Shown: positions 1 to 11,877 of the stretch, in pieces
Position numbering within the stretch: the first letter of the stretch is position 1
Layout of the letters: each line of letters begins with the position of its first letter
From: an uncultured Planctomycetaceae bacterium
Lineage (GTDB): Bacteria; Planctomycetota; Planctomycetia; Planctomycetales; Planctomycetaceae
DNA length: 64,000 nucleotides
Assembly: GCA_963815195.1 (NCBI GenBank)
Contig: CAWFGE010000013.1
Location: 64,001-128,000 of the forward strand
Direction: 5' to 3'
Program-made: the position numbers and the translations under genes
Notes under the pieces: model-generated
Databases searched by the model: none
What the model was told of the DNA's origin: nothing
Seen by the model: the letters and a program-made list of their open reading frames with translations, nothing else

Positions 1-1243
1 TCCTGGAACTTGACCGGGCGGTCGTCGGGGTGGCCGCCGTCGGCGGTGGTGGAGCCGATGACCTGGCCGGTCCGCAGGCCGCCGCCGGCCAAGAGGCGCA
101 ACTTGCCGGGGGCCAGTGGTCGCGGCCGGCGTTTTTGTTGATCTTGGGCGTGCGGCCGAACTCGCTGCACACCAGCACGGTCACATCATCGATCAGATCC
201 CGCTCTTTGAGGTCGGTGATGAGCGCGGACAGGCCGTGGTCCACGATCGGCAATCGCTCGCGCATCTGGCCGAAGTTGTTGCCGTGATAATCCCAGCGGC
301 CGTAGCCGAGCGTCACGCAGCGGACGCCGATTTCAATCAGCCGCCGGCAGAGGAGGATTTGCTCGTTCCAGATCGGCGGTCCGTCGTCCACGTTTTTGGA
401 GGAGCCGCCGGTCGCGGGGCTGCCGATGCCGTAGCGTTTGAGGATTTTGGGATCTTCCTGCGTGATGTCGAGGGCGGTGAGGAGTTTGCTGGAGGTCAAC
501 ACGTCGAAGGCCTGCTCGTAAATCGCCTGGGTGCCTTGGAGCATGGCGTTGTCCACATCCCGCCGGAAGCCGTCGAACGCGGACAGCAGTTTTTGGCGGT
601 TTTTGAGCTGGTCGAGCGTGATGCCGTCGAGCTGCATGGCTTTGATGTCGTCGCCGTCGGGCCGGACCGGAGCATACGCCCGCCCCAGCTTGCCGGGAAA
701 GCCGATGTCGGCCCAGGGCTTATGGCCGCAGTCTTTGCTGAGCCCCATAAACGGCGGCACCGCGGGATCGGGGGAACCCAAAGCCCGCGCGATGAAGGAA
801 CCGACCGAGGGTTGCTCCAGCCGCTGCTGATCGCCCCGGCGATAACCGCTGAGGCATTGGGTGGCGGCGTGGGCTCCGTCGGAATCGGCGATCGAGCGGA
901 TGATGGCGAACTGGTCCATCATCTGGGCCAACCGGGGCATCAGTTCGCAGATCTCGATGCCGGGCACGTTGGTGGGGATCGGCTGGAACTCCCCGCGAAT
1001 GTCGGTCGGGGCTTCGGGCTTGAGATCCACAAAGTCCTGGTGCGAGACGCCGCCGGCGAGGAAGATCTGGATCACGGCCTTCTTGGAATTGGGATCGCCC
1101 TGTTTGGTGTTCGATCCTTGAGCCTCGGCTTGGAGGATTTGCGCGAGGCTGAGTCCGCCCAATCCGAGGGCGCCGATTTTCAAAAACGAACGCCGATTCG
1201 CGGAATCACAAAATCGCTGCTTCGCACCCGAGATGGTCAACAT
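1..1243 (-). CDS. DUF1501 domain-containing protein (Tat-type N-terminus), truncated by the window edge
   Basis: My own translation from ATG 1243 (AAGGAG upstream): [33 protein letters not shown]...[50 protein letters not shown], the typical DUF1501 N-terminus. Missing from the ORF track because no stop falls inside the window. Confidence 0.9.
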   Translation of the reverse strand, partial: MLTISGAKQRFCDSANRRSFLKIGALGLGGLSLAQILQAEAQGSNTKQGDPNSKKAVIQIFLAGGVSHQDFVDLKPEAPTDIRGEFQPIPTNVPGIEICELMPRLAQMMDQFAIIRSIADSDGAHAATQCLSGYRRGDQQRLEQPSVGSFIARALGSPDPAVPPFMGLSKDCGHKPWADIGFPGKLGRAYAPVRPDGDDIKAMQLDGITLDQLKNRQKLLSAFDGFRRDVDNAMLQGTQAIYEQAFDVLTSSKLLTALDITQEDPKILKRYGIGSPATGGSSKNVDDGPPIWNEQILLCRRLIEIGVRCVTLGYGRWDYHGNNFGQMRERLPIVDHGLSALITDLKERDLIDDVTVLVCSEFGRTPKINKNAGRDHWPPASCASWPAAACGPARSSAPPPPTAATPTTARSSSR

Positions 1244-1650
1244 TGGCAATGTCTCCTTTGGGATTCCGACACCATCACATCAACGGCTTCGAATATATTA
1301 TCGTATCGTCAAGCAAAGCGGCAAGGCTAACCTCGGAAACCGCGCGGGGCGGGGATCGTTATAATCGTTGAACTTGCCGTCATCCGCATCGGAAAATCTC
1401 GGCCGACGCCGGCGACCGGCTGACGGGCCGCCGGCCGAAGTGTATGGTTCTGACGGCCCGTTGCCGGTCGGTTTTCGGGAAGTGGGTTTCATCCCGGAAA
1501 AACACCAATCGGAAACAGCTTCAAAGCCGAACCCGGCGGCGGGGGCACTGGTCAGGGATACCAGACTTGACTAAACTGCTATTTTAGGTGGGGTTCCCTC
1601 CAGACGCCCCCCAACTCTTCACAATTTTGATTGAGATTCGAGGAAGACCC

Positions 1651-3459
1651 GTGGCGACCGCAGCAGACAGCAAACTGACCCAAGAGCAAGACACCGAAAC
1701 CGAACCTCGCACCTTGAACGGAGCGGAGATTCTGGTGGAAGCCCTGGTGCGGCAAGGGACGAAGCTGGTCTTTGCGTACCCCGGCGGGGCCAGCATGCCG
1801 TTGCATCAGGCGCTGCTCAAATATCGGGAGCAACTCCGCACGGTATTGCCCCGGCACGAGCAGGGCGGCGGGTTTGCGGCTCAGGGTCTGGCCCGCACGA
1901 CGGGACAGGTCGGCGTGTGCATGGCCACCAGCGGACCCGGCGCGACGAATCTGGTCACCGCCCTCGCCGACGGCAAGCTCGACAGCGTGCCCATGGTCGC
2001 CATCACGGGACAGGTGGCGCAAGCGGTCATCGGCAGCGACGCCTTCCAGGAAACGCCGATGGTCGAAGTCAGCCGGGCCATCACCAAGCATCATTACATG
2101 ATCACGCGGCTGGAAGATGTCACGCGGATCGTCAAGGAAGCCTATTACCTCGCCAGAACCGGCCGCCCGGGTCCGGTCTTGATCGACTTTCCAAAAGATG
2201 TCCAGCTCGCGAAGACCGATGAAGAACCCGATTGGGATCCGCCGATGAATCTGCCGGGCTATCATCCCGAAGTTCGAACGCCCGCCCCGGAGCAAATTCG
2301 GCAGGTCATCGCAGCCATTCGCAGATCGAAACGGCCCGTACTCTACGTGGGCGGCGGCTGCATTACGTCGGGGGCCGCCGACGAACTCACCAAGTTCGCG
2401 CTGTGGACGAAAATCCCCGTCACCACGACCGTGATGGGCCTGGGGGCGTTTCCGGGCGATCATCCGCAATCGCTGGACATGCTCGGCATGCACGGCACCG
2501 TTTATGCGAATTACGCCGTCAACGAAGCCGACCTTCTGTTGGCGCTGGGCGTGCGGTTTGACGACCGGGTGACCGGGAAGCTCGAAGAGTTCGCCCGGCA
2601 CGGGAAGATCGTGCACGTCGATGTCGATCCTTCCGAAATCCACAAAAACAAGGAAGCCCACATCCCGATCGTGGCGGACCTCAAGCTGGTGCTGCGGGAA
2701 TTGGGCGACATGATGACCGAGGACGACCTGCCGCAGATCGAGGATTGGTCCAAACGCATCGCCGGCTGGAAGCGGGACTATCCGCTCAAGTTTAACGAAT
2801 CGGGCGATCAGATCCTGCAGCAGTATGCGATCCAGGAACTCTGGCGGCAAACCCGCGAGCGGGACACCTTTATCACCGTGGGCGTGGGGCAGCATCAAAT
2901 GTGGGCCGCCCAATTTTACAAGTTCGACAAACCCCGCCGCTGGCTGAGCAGCTCCGGCCTGGGCACGATGGGCTTCGGACTTCCCGCGGCGATGGGCGTG
3001 CAGGCGGCTCATCCCGATTCGCTCGTCGTGGACATCGACGGCGACGGCTCGTTCCAGATGAACATCCAGGAACTCGCCACGCTGTTCTGCGAAAAGCTGC
3101 CCGTGAAGGTTTTGCTCTTGAACAACCAGCACCTGGGCATGGTGGTGCAGTGGGAAGACCGCTTCCATCAGGGGCAGCGAGCCCATACCTATTTGGGGCC
3201 GATCGATCATCCCGAGGCGCTCGGCGAAGGCGACGGCAGCACGTTTTCCGATCAGACCTATCCCGATTTCGTGAAGATCGCCGAGGGCTATGGCATCGCC
3301 GGCCGCCGGGTCCGCCATAAGTCGGAGTATTCCGAAGCGCTCGCGGAAATGCTCGATCACGAAGGGCCATATCTGCTCGATGTCATCTGCCCCTACCAGG
3401 AGCACGTGCTGCCGATGATCCCCAGTGGCAAGACGGTGAACGACATTATTACCGAATAG
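1651..3459 (+). CDS. ilvB: acetolactate synthase large (catalytic) subunit
   Basis: Motifs [31 protein letters not shown]...LNNQHLGMV and MIPSG. GTG start at 1651 after GAGGAAG. Confidence 0.95.
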   Translation: MATAADSKLTQEQDTETEPRTLNGAEILVEALVRQGTKLVFAYPGGASMPLHQALLKYREQLRTVLPRHEQGGGFAAQGLARTTGQVGVCMATSGPGATNLVTALADGKLDSVPMVAITGQVAQAVIGSDAFQETPMVEVSRAITKHHYMITRLEDVTRIVKEAYYLARTGRPGPVLIDFPKDVQLAKTDEEPDWDPPMNLPGYHPEVRTPAPEQIRQVIAAIRRSKRPVLYVGGGCITSGAADELTKFALWTKIPVTTTVMGLGAFPGDHPQSLDMLGMHGTVYANYAVNEADLLLALGVRFDDRVTGKLEEFARHGKIVHVDVDPSEIHKNKEAHIPIVADLKLVLRELGDMMTEDDLPQIEDWSKRIAGWKRDYPLKFNESGDQILQQYAIQELWRQTRERDTFITVGVGQHQMWAAQFYKFDKPRRWLSSSGLGTMGFGLPAAMGVQAAHPDSLVVDIDGDGSFQMNIQELATLFCEKLPVKVLLLNNQHLGMVVQWEDRFHQGQRAHTYLGPIDHPEALGEGDGSTFSDQTYPDFVKIAEGYGIAGRRVRHKSEYSEALAEMLDHEGPYLLDVICPYQEHVLPMIPSGKTVNDIITE

Positions 3460-3485
3460 TCACATTTTCACGTGGAGGAGATGTT

Positions 3486-3971
3486 GTGGCGGATTCCGAA
3501 CAGGCCGAAGTTTCCCGATACAAGACGCCCTTCTCGTGTTACCTCTCCGCCCTCATCTCGTTTCTCGTGGTCCTATTCGGTTTCCCGTTCGTTTTTCTTG
3601 TGTTCGTGTTCTTGGTTCCCGATCAGTACGAGGCCCTTTCTGACAATGCGAAGAGCGTGGTCGGTTGGGGCGTGACGATCGTTGCCCTCATCTCCGCCCT
3701 GGTTTCAGCCCGCGGCGCGTTTTTATTGTCCAAAAAGAAAGCCATCGAACGGAACGAAATCCGAGAAGGAAAAACGGAGGGCCGGAAACGTTGGGGACAG
3801 CGCAGCGGTATCATGCAAGTGTTCGGCGGAGTGCTTGGGCTGGGCATTGGGGCGGTCGCGGGATATTTCTCAACACACGATCATTCGTTCGGCGCAACAC
3901 TGGGGGGATTCTTCGGATTCCTGGGCGGCTTTTTCTTAAGCGCGATTTACTTCTCCCTAAAAAGCAAATAG
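3486..3971 (+). CDS. hypothetical membrane protein (about 4 TM segments)
   Basis: 161 aa ORF with GGAGGAG RBS and four hydrophobic stretches. Confidence 0.7.
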   Translation: MADSEQAEVSRYKTPFSCYLSALISFLVVLFGFPFVFLVFVFLVPDQYEALSDNAKSVVGWGVTIVALISALVSARGAFLLSKKKAIERNEIREGKTEGRKRWGQRSGIMQVFGGVLGLGIGAVAGYFSTHDHSFGATLGGFFGFLGGFFLSAIYFSLKSK

Positions 3972-4171
3972 CGTCCTCTCCGTTCTCCGCCGGATTCAGA
4001 CGTTCGTCCCGAATTGCAGAACCCGATCCGTTGAAATGTGTCTCTCAAATCGCAACGATTTGCGTTTTTACAATGAGCGCGAAGCGCGAGCGAGGGAAAG
4101 ACAGCGATTGCCTCGCTTGCACTTCGGGCTAAAAGTTCACGTTGGCCGGCCCTTCGGTTTTTGGGAATTTC

Positions 4172-5011
4172 ATGCTCGACAATCTTCCTCTTCACACGCT
4201 CCAATACAAAGCCCTCACGATTGAGGGCTACTCCCGCGCCGCGGTGCAGAGCTATTGGCGGATTCCCGAACTAAAGCTGGGTTTCGACCTCGGCGGCAGC
4301 CCGTGGTCGTTCATGGGCACGCAGACGTTCTTCATCACGCATCCGCACCTGGACCACATGGCCGCTCTCCCCGTCTACGTGGCCCGGCGGCGGATGATGA
4401 AAATGGACCCACCCACAATCTACGTCCCGGCCGCGGTCGTCGAACCCGTCCAAAAGATGCTCCGCAGTTGGCAGCGGCTGGACCGGGGGCGGATGCTCTG
4501 CGACCTCGTCGGCGTAGAGCCGGGCCAGGAGATCCCCCTGTCCCGCGAGCACGTCGTGACGGTGTTCGAGACGGTGCACACGGTGCCTTCCGTGGGCTAT
4601 GTCGTTTGGGACCGGCGGAAGAAGCTCAAAGCGGAGTATCAAGGCCTGCCGCAGGACGAGATCCGCGACATCCGCCTGGCAGGGAACGACGTCAGCGAGG
4701 AAGTCCGCGTGCCGTTGGTGTGTTACACCGGCGACACCGCGCCGGGCGGGTTCGACAATTACCCGCCGGTGATGGAAGCGGAGGTGTTGATTACGGAACT
4801 CACATTTTTCCGCCCGGAGCACCGCAAGGAAAAGATCCACAAGTTCGGCCATACGCATTTGGACGATTTGATCGAACGCGCGGACCGGTTTCGGAACAAC
4901 CTGATCATCCTGGCCCACTTCAGCACCCGCTACCACGAGCGGCAAATCCGCAAAGCCGTCGAACGCCGACTGCCCCCAGAGCTCAAAGATCGCGTGCACT
5001 TGTGGCTTTGA
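4172..5011 (+). CDS. MBL-fold metallo-hydrolase, RNase Z-like
   Basis: THPHLDH (HxHxDH), YTGDT and AHFSTRY motifs; ATG at 4172. Confidence 0.85.
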   Translation: MLDNLPLHTLQYKALTIEGYSRAAVQSYWRIPELKLGFDLGGSPWSFMGTQTFFITHPHLDHMAALPVYVARRRMMKMDPPTIYVPAAVVEPVQKMLRSWQRLDRGRMLCDLVGVEPGQEIPLSREHVVTVFETVHTVPSVGYVVWDRRKKLKAEYQGLPQDEIRDIRLAGNDVSEEVRVPLVCYTGDTAPGGFDNYPPVMEAEVLITELTFFRPEHRKEKIHKFGHTHLDDLIERADRFRNNLIILAHFSTRYHERQIRKAVERRLPPELKDRVHLWL

Positions 5012-5230
5012 GAAGGGATTTCGTAGCGGCGGCTCCCGGCCGCCGACAGGTTGATTGCGACTCCGAAACCGCATGAGCCCGAACCGCCAGCTTGGGAACG
5101 GGGCGAGGGGTTTTCGTGAGGGCGCTACTTTTCAAGTCGAAAATCGCTGGAGGTTGATTCGCTCTCGGCGTCGTGGTAGAGGTGGTGTGAATCGCACAAC
5201 GCCCCCTCGCCCCGCATGGAGAGAGTCCGC

Positions 5231-6520
5231 ATGAAACATTCCCCCGCCGCCCTTTGTGCCGTTGTTATTTTTTTCGCGGGAATGGCCAACGCCGCGGACC
5301 GGCCGCCGAATGTGGTGCTGATTCTCGCCGACGATGTGGGCTGCGAGCCGCTCGGCTGTTATGGCGGGGAATCCTACAAAACGCCTCATCTCGATCGGCT
5401 GGCCGAGACGGGGATGCGGTTTCGGCACTGTTATGCCATGCCGGTGTGTCATCCCACGCGGACGACCTTGCTAACGGGGCGATACCCGTTCCGTTTGAAC
5501 CACCCGAAGTGGGGCACGTTCCCCAAGGCGGAAGAACAGCATACGCTTGCGCATCTGATGAAAGCCGCGGGTTATCAAACCGCCGTCGCGGGGAAGTGGC
5601 AGCTCACGTTGCTCAAGAACGATCCCGATCATCCGCGGCGGATGGGCTTCGATCCGTCGTGCCTGTTCGGCTGGCACGAAGGGCCCCGCTACTATCAACC
5701 GCTCATCTGGCAGAACGGGGCGATCCGCCAGGGGCTCGAAGACCGCTACGGCCCCGATGTCTATGTCGAGTTTCTCGCCGATTTTATGAAAGCCAACCAG
5801 GACCGGCCGTTTTTCGCTTTCTATTCGATGGCCCTTTGCCATAACGTGACCGACGACCTCAAAGAACCGGTCCCCTACGGCCCCGAGGGGCATTATGACA
5901 CCTATGCCCAGATGATCGAGTCGATGGACCGGCACGTGGGCAGTCTCGTCGCGGCGATCGATCGGCTCGGACTTCGCGAGCGGACCGTGATTCTCTTCAC
6001 GGGCGACAACGGCACCTCGAAGAGTTATATCCATGCCGCCCAGGACGGGAAGTACATTGACCGGCCCGTGGCTTCGAAGGTGAACGGCGAAATGGTCCGC
6101 GGCGGGAAAGGGGAACTCACCAACGCGGGCACCAATGTCCCGTTGATCGCCAATTGGAAAGGCACCATCGCCCCCGGCCAGGTGGTGGACGACCTTGTGG
6201 ACATGAGCGACTTTTTGCCGACGCTCGTGGAACTCGCCGGCTCGCAAGTCCCCAATCAGCCGCGGATCGACGGCGTGAGTTTCGCGGGCCGGCTGTTGGG
6301 AAAGAACACGCCGGGACGGCGCTGGGCGTTCTCGGAGCAACAAGGCAAATCCTGGGTGAGGACGGCTCGATATAAACTCTACGACGACGGCCGACTCTTC
6401 GATGTCGCCAACGACGTCAAGGAGAAAAAACCAATCGCCCAAGGCGGCGAATCGGCCCAAGCCACCCGGAAAGAATTGAGCGAAGCGATAAAGTCGCTCC
6501 AACAAGTTCCCCGCCGTTAA
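5231..6520 (+). CDS. sulfatase (Cys-type, secreted)
   Basis: Signal peptide; PNVVLILADD, CHPTRTTLLTGRY (CxPxR), GKW and FTGDNG. Confidence 0.92.
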   Translation: MKHSPAALCAVVIFFAGMANAADRPPNVVLILADDVGCEPLGCYGGESYKTPHLDRLAETGMRFRHCYAMPVCHPTRTTLLTGRYPFRLNHPKWGTFPKAEEQHTLAHLMKAAGYQTAVAGKWQLTLLKNDPDHPRRMGFDPSCLFGWHEGPRYYQPLIWQNGAIRQGLEDRYGPDVYVEFLADFMKANQDRPFFAFYSMALCHNVTDDLKEPVPYGPEGHYDTYAQMIESMDRHVGSLVAAIDRLGLRERTVILFTGDNGTSKSYIHAAQDGKYIDRPVASKVNGEMVRGGKGELTNAGTNVPLIANWKGTIAPGQVVDDLVDMSDFLPTLVELAGSQVPNQPRIDGVSFAGRLLGKNTPGRRWAFSEQQGKSWVRTARYKLYDDGRLFDVANDVKEKKPIAQGGESAQATRKELSEAIKSLQQVPRR

Positions 6521-7413
6521 CGACCGATCTTGCGGGACAGGCCGATCGCCTGTTCGATCGCGTCTTGGTGGTACTGGGCCCAGATCGCGAGCGTCAGAAT
6601 CGCAACAGCCGCGATGCACCAAATCAGGCTTCGCAGCGGGGTGGTTTGAGACGTCTGTTCTGACCCCTCGGCGTCGGAGCTTGGGATGTCCCCGTAGGCG
6701 GCGATTTTTTCCCGGATTGCGCGGCGGGCCAGGCGCGTGATGTAGATTGTGACAAGGATCGTGGCCAATAAGCCCGTGCCGCGCGCCAGCCACTCTTGCC
6801 AGGTTGTGTGGTCTCTCGTCGCGGCGGCGGAACCGAGGGAGCCTATGTAGATGTACATAAACGTCCCCGGCAGCATGGCGATCCAACTCGTGAGGATGCA
6901 CGGCCAAAAGCGGATGGCCGTCACGCCGTAAAGATAATTCTGCAGACCAAACGGCACCGCCGGCGACAGCCGCAGGAGGGCGACGATCTTCCAGCCTTGC
7001 TCACCGATGGCCTCGTCCACGGCGGCGAGCCGGGCGGACTGTTGCACCCGTTTTTGGACGCGTTCCCGCGCAAGGTGGCGGGCGATCAAAAACGCCATCG
7101 CCGCCCCCAGGGTGGCGGCAAGGGACACGATGATCGTGCCTTCCACCAGGCCGAACACCGCCCCGGCGGCGAGTGTCAACAGCGATCCCGGAATCAGAAA
7201 CACCACGGCCACCGCATAAATCGCCCCGAACCACACCGGCCCCCACACGCCCATCTGGCGGACGGAGGATTGCAGTTCCGCGCTCAACCGCTCGAGCGGG
7301 AACGCCCGCATCAACAGCAAAATCCCGGCGAGTATCAGGCCCATCGACGCCCACTTCGCCCAAACGGCCCACCGGCCATCTGGGGCATTCGCGGTTGATG
7401 AGGAGTCGGCCAT
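6517..7413 (-). CDS. TVP38/TMEM64 (VTT/DedA-like) membrane protein
   Basis: PGSLLTLAAGAVFG and LLRLSPAVPFGLQNYLYG motifs. Confidence 0.88.
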   Translation of the reverse strand: MADSSSTANAPDGRWAVWAKWASMGLILAGILLLMRAFPLERLSAELQSSVRQMGVWGPVWFGAIYAVAVVFLIPGSLLTLAAGAVFGLVEGTIIVSLAATLGAAMAFLIARHLARERVQKRVQQSARLAAVDEAIGEQGWKIVALLRLSPAVPFGLQNYLYGVTAIRFWPCILTSWIAMLPGTFMYIYIGSLGSAAATRDHTTWQEWLARGTGLLATILVTIYITRLARRAIREKIAAYGDIPSSDAEGSEQTSQTTPLRSLIWCIAAVAILTLAIWAQYHQDAIEQAIGLSRKIGR

Positions 7414-7422
7414 GACAGACTG

Positions 7423-7647
7423 CTACGGCAACCGGCAGCAATGGGGACTGCACGGCGGGGCATCGCTGGGCGGGCAGGCGCTCGTCATCGGCAGCCGCCC
7501 GGTGGAGTTCACATGGGCCGCCGTCGCGCTCATCAGCTTCTGAGGCTCCCGGTGTCCGCATTTGGGGCAGGCGACGGCTTCGTCTTTTCGCACCAGTTCC
7601 TCAAACAAATGCTCACAGGCGGAGCAGCGATATTCAAAAATGGGCAT
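7423..7647 (-). CDS. FmdB-family zinc-ribbon protein
   Basis: MPIFEYRCSACEHLFE...CPKCG with a Cys-rich tail; ATG at 7647 lies inside the longer track ORF. Confidence 0.85.
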   Translation of the reverse strand: MPIFEYRCSACEHLFEELVRKDEAVACPKCGHREPQKLMSATAAHVNSTGRLPMTSACPPSDAPPCSPHCCRLP

Positions 7648-7697
7648 TGGAAATTTCGCAATTAAGAGGTTCAACAAAAGCTGCGGAGTCTCTTCGC

Positions 7698-8141
7698 TTA
7701 CGCTCCCCGCTCGCCGGTTTTTTCCGATTCGAGGGCGAGCGCGGCGTAACTGCGTATCCGCTGCACCATGCCGTTGAGCCCGTTCTTGCGGGCGGGGCTC
7801 AAATTGCGGCTCAGGCCCAGTTGATCGAAAATGTCCTTCACGTCGAGGGCCAGAATCTCGGCCGGGGTCTTGCCGGAGTAAATGGTGAGCAGCACCGCGA
7901 TCAGGCCTTTGACGATTTTCGCGTCGCTGTCGGCAGCGATCTCCACCACCGGTTCGCCGTTGGTCCGCTTGATCTGGGTCGTCATCCACACGTTGCTCTG
8001 GCAGCCGTGCACGCGGTTGGCTTCGGTCTTGGCTTCGTCCGGCATGTCCCGAAGCTCGAATCCCAGGTCGATCAGGTAATCGCAACGGTCTTCCCAGTCG
8101 CCGAGGAATTCGAACTCCGACAAGAGGTCGTCAATATTCAT
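7698..8141 (-). CDS. sufE: SufE-family Fe-S sulfur-transfer protein
   Basis: DWEDRCDYLIDLG, VHGCQSNVW, DSDAKIVKGL and LSPARKNGL. Confidence 0.9.
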   Translation of the reverse strand: MNIDDLLSEFEFLGDWEDRCDYLIDLGFELRDMPDEAKTEANRVHGCQSNVWMTTQIKRTNGEPVVEIAADSDAKIVKGLIAVLLTIYSGKTPAEILALDVKDIFDQLGLSRNLSPARKNGLNGMVQRIRSYAALALESEKTGERGA

Positions 8142-8493
8142 CGATTGCAGCGAACTCAAAGAAACCCCCAATGGTCGGGTGTTGAAAATCACAAGGCGAG
8201 CCCGGTTGGGCCTCTTGTTGCATTCTATACGCCCGGCCCGGCCGATCCAAGAGCCGCCCGCGAAAGGAAAACCGGAACCCGGCCTCAAGGGCGCGGCTCC
8301 CGGATTTCGAGTTTCAAGTTTAATGTTTCAGGTTTCAAGTTTTATCGCGGCGTTGATTCCTTTTGCAATCCGCTACCTTAGCGGAGCGAAGGGCGACTTT
8401 CGCATAGAAATTCAGTAGCTTCAAATTCCGCGTGATTGTGGCAGGGACGTCCCGGCTGGATGAGTCGACAAGACGCCTGCACCAAAAGGATTT

Positions 8494-8724
8494 AGGGCCG
8501 AAGGCCCGGCCCTATGTCAGCCCAGGGCCAGCGCAGCGCCGCCCTGGGTTACGGATGATGAATGAAACGAAAGCCCCAACGGGGCGGCCCTATGTGGCTT
8601 GTGATTTCTCGCTTCGTTAAACGGAATTGGGTTTAGGACCGCCCCGTTGGGGCTTTTGCATTTTGTTCGTTCCCGTGCCCCAGGGCTCCGCCCTAGGCTG
8701 ACATAGGGCCGGACCTTCGGCCCT
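8494..8724. repeat. about 230-bp nested inverted-repeat element (REP-doublet/MITE-like)
   Basis: agggccgaaggcccggccctatgtcagcc (from 8494) pairs with ggctgacatagggccggaccttcggccct (to 8724); inner pair gccccaacggggcgg / ccgccccgttggggc. Confidence 0.85.
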
Positions 8725-8810
8725 TTTTCCGTAATTTGGAGCTACTGAAATTCCTTTATCGCGGCGTCGCTCCCTTTTTGGATTTTGGATAGTCCGCTGC
8801 GCCGGGAGGT

Positions 8811-11800
8811 TCAAACCCGCCGGGTAAACCGGAAGGGCGCTTGACTCTCTCCGTCGCTCGTTGATCCCTCCCGCGGTACGTCGCGGCTCGGGGCGCTGCC
8901 TGCTCCGCGTTGGATTCGCGGATTGTCGCGGCCGGGAACCTGCACCGGGTGGCCGTCGTTGCGTTCGATCAGGTTTTGCAGCGTGGTCTTGTCGATGGGA
9001 TCGTTGAGGAATCCGACCGAGCCATCGCCGAAGACCGCGGTAAAACCATCCTTGAACCAGCCGCCCAACTTGGGGGCCGGCTTGGTGCGGTCCTCTTCAT
9101 AAGGGATGTCTTCGGGCTTCGTCCAGGGGATGTCCCGCTTGGCTTCCACGATCATCAGCGTGTTGGACGTGCCATCCACGACGTCCGCGAAGCGCATCGG
9201 CGTTTCCCCATCGCCCATCAGCGTGTTCTTGCCGACGAGTGCGAAGTAACTCGTGGTCGTGGAATCGGGCTTGTCTTTGGGATTGCGGTAAACGCTGGGC
9301 ATCTTGGCCAGCAGTTTCTTGTTGTGCTCACTGTCCCAGGGTTCATCGAAGTGATATTGGTTGTAGAGGTCCGCTTGTTCGATATATGGCAGGATCGCCA
9401 CTCGCCAACTGTGGGGATATTTTCCCGGCTGGCCGTCATTGCCTTTGCCCGCCGCGGCGGGGAAATGCCGGTGGGTGTCGTGGTAGGCGTGCATCGCGAT
9501 GGCGATTTGCTTGAGGTTGTTAAGCGATTGAGCCCGCTGGGCGGCGTCGCGGGCGGAATTGACCGCCGGCACCAGCGAAGCCACGAGCACGCTCGCGGTC
9601 TCCCTGGGGAGTTCCACGTGCACGGTCACGTCCGAATCCTTGCGTTCGACCTTGAGCGTTTTTAGAACCTCCTGCCCCAGCTTGAGAAAGAGCCCGATCA
9701 TCTGCTGTTCCCGCTCAGGAAGCTGGCCGATCATCTGCTGGTTTTGCTCGACCATATTTCGGCCGAGGACCATCATCGCATTCAAAGTGTCTTCGACCTT
9801 GGCGGCGTAGCGCCAACTTCTGCTGATTCTTCTCCCTGTTGTGCTCCTGATTGTGGAGGACGCCTGGCATCTTGGGCACCCTTTGCACGGAAGATAATGT
9901 CCGCCGACATCCCCTGGTCAAATTCCAGACTGCCCACGATGGTATCCACATCGTTCCACAACGGCCCGAACATGGGATTGAGGCCGAAGGAAACGGCCGT
10001 GTTGGCCGGGACAGTCTGCTGAAGACCGCCGAATGCTCCGCGGCCAGCCGCGCTCCAAATCACGGGTCTCCAGTTCCGGCATCGGGCCGGAAAAATCGCC
10101 CATCCCCAGTTCCGTCCGGAGTTGTTTCACATTCACATACTCGGCGGCGATTTTCTTGGAGACCGCGTCCCAACCCGGGATGCGTTTTTCGCGGTTGATG
10201 GAGGTGTTGCGCATCGATGGCTTGCTTCAGCCCTTGTTCGGTGTCGGAGACGATCAGGGTGTTTTCATTGGCCAGCCAAAACGCGGGACCCAACTTGCCG
10301 CCGGCGGGTTTAAGGTAGAGTTGCCCGCCGTAGAACCCGCGTGTCGGATTCCGGCGTCAGATGCTGCTTCAGGCTCTCCAGATCGAGTTTCTTCGACGTG
10401 CGGAACATGCCGGCGATCAGCATGGGGTCGTGGCGAATGGTGTCCCGCGTGCCGAAGCTCCACACGACTTCTTCAATCTGATCGAGCGGAATGCCCATCG
10501 GCTCGACTAAACTTTTCTCCTGCGAAAACACCTTCACCAGCGGCTCGAACATCGGTTTCGCAAGCAAAGCTTTGGGCCGCACGCCGAACACGGCAACCGC
10601 ATCATCGGGCACATAAGTCAGTGGAAATGCGGCCCGCGGTTTGGGCGCGTCTTCGCTCAGCGACGACGGATCGTTTTGCGCCAGGATGGTGGGACCGGCA
10701 TTGGGCGCGTTCGGTTCCTGGGCGTCGGCGGGGTTGGAGCGGCTGCGAAGGCCGACGGCGAACAGCGTCGCCAAGCCGATCAAAGCCAGCGTGCCATACT
10801 GCCGGAGCCGCGATGGGCGGGACGCGTCCAAGGGGTTTTTCTTGAGCATTTCGATTCTCCTCATAAACGTGCGATGGGACGGAAGAAAGGCGCGGGCGGG
10901 CCACGCGGGGCCGCGGGACGAGTCGCTCAACGCCATCTCCGCCAAAATGCAGAGATAGCGCCGCTGCCCGCCGATGTGCCGCGCGGCGACGGCGTCGGCG
11001 GCGAGTTCCTGCTCCAGCCGGAGCCGATTCGCCAGCCAGTGCATGAGCGGATGATAGAAGTGCAGCACCCGCCCGACTTCGGCGAAGAGCGCGGTGATGC
11101 AATCCCGCCGGCGGATGTGATTGAGTTCGTGGGCCAACACCGCCCGCAGTTCCTCGTCGGTCCACTTCTGCCAATGGGCGGGCAGCAAAACGACCGGCCG
11201 AAAAATTCCCGTGGTCGCGGCGGTTTGGAGCTTTGTCGTCACGCGGACTTCAATCACCCGGCTTCGTTTGAGATGCGGGAAGAATCTCGCGGATCGCCTC
11301 GAGTATCCGCTCGTCATCAATCACCCGGCTCCGGTGAACCTCCCGCCGCAATAACACGATGCCCAACACCAGCCGGATGAACCCAAAGCCCACACCCGCC
11401 AGAAATACCGCGGCCGCGATTGAGGGGATCGTAACGGCGAACGTTTCCGGCTCGGCGGCTTTTTCGGACGGGAGGCGGCGGAACGGGGCGGCTCTCGAGT
11501 TCTTCCACAAATGCCGACCACGCCGCCGACCACACCGAAAGCGGCTCGTCCGTTTTCGCCGTTGGCCGCTGCGATTCCGGTCGGGCGTTGGCTTCCGCGG
11601 CCTCCGGTTGAGTCGGCTGATCGGACTCCGCGGCGATGGCGGGCGGTACCGATTTTGTAATCGTGGTGGAATCCTGCTCAAAAAACTCAGGCCACGACGG
11701 CCAGGGGCTGACCGCGAAGGCCGACACCGCCAGCACCGCGAGCAGGCCCGCGAGCACGATGGGGATTCGCGACAACGGAGACGCGGTTTTCATCAACCGC

Positions 11801-11877
11801 AACACGCCCAGGATCGCCAGGAGAATCACGGTGACTTGGATCGCGGCCCAGAACAGGACCAAGCCGAGTGCATGCAT
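8811..11877 (-). CDS. BlaR1/M56-family metallopeptidase sensor with C-terminal DUF1559 domain; broken by about 6 frameshifts
   Basis: Consecutive fragments in shifting frames: TM N-terminus MHALGLVLFW (ATG 11877); GIFRPVVLLP...VLAHELNHIRRRD (HExxH)...FYHPL...EQELAAD; then ARDAAQRAQSLNNLKQIAIAMHAYHD...HSWRVAILPYIEQ...DGTSNTLMIVE (DUF1559). Confidence 0.8.

Noticed and set aside
116..1330. 404-aa + strand ORF
   Set aside because: It is the antisense shadow of the DUF1501 gene on the minus strand.
1330..1650. ilv attenuator leader peptide or T-box
   Set aside because: No Ile/Leu/Val-rich short ORF, T-box motif or terminator was found.
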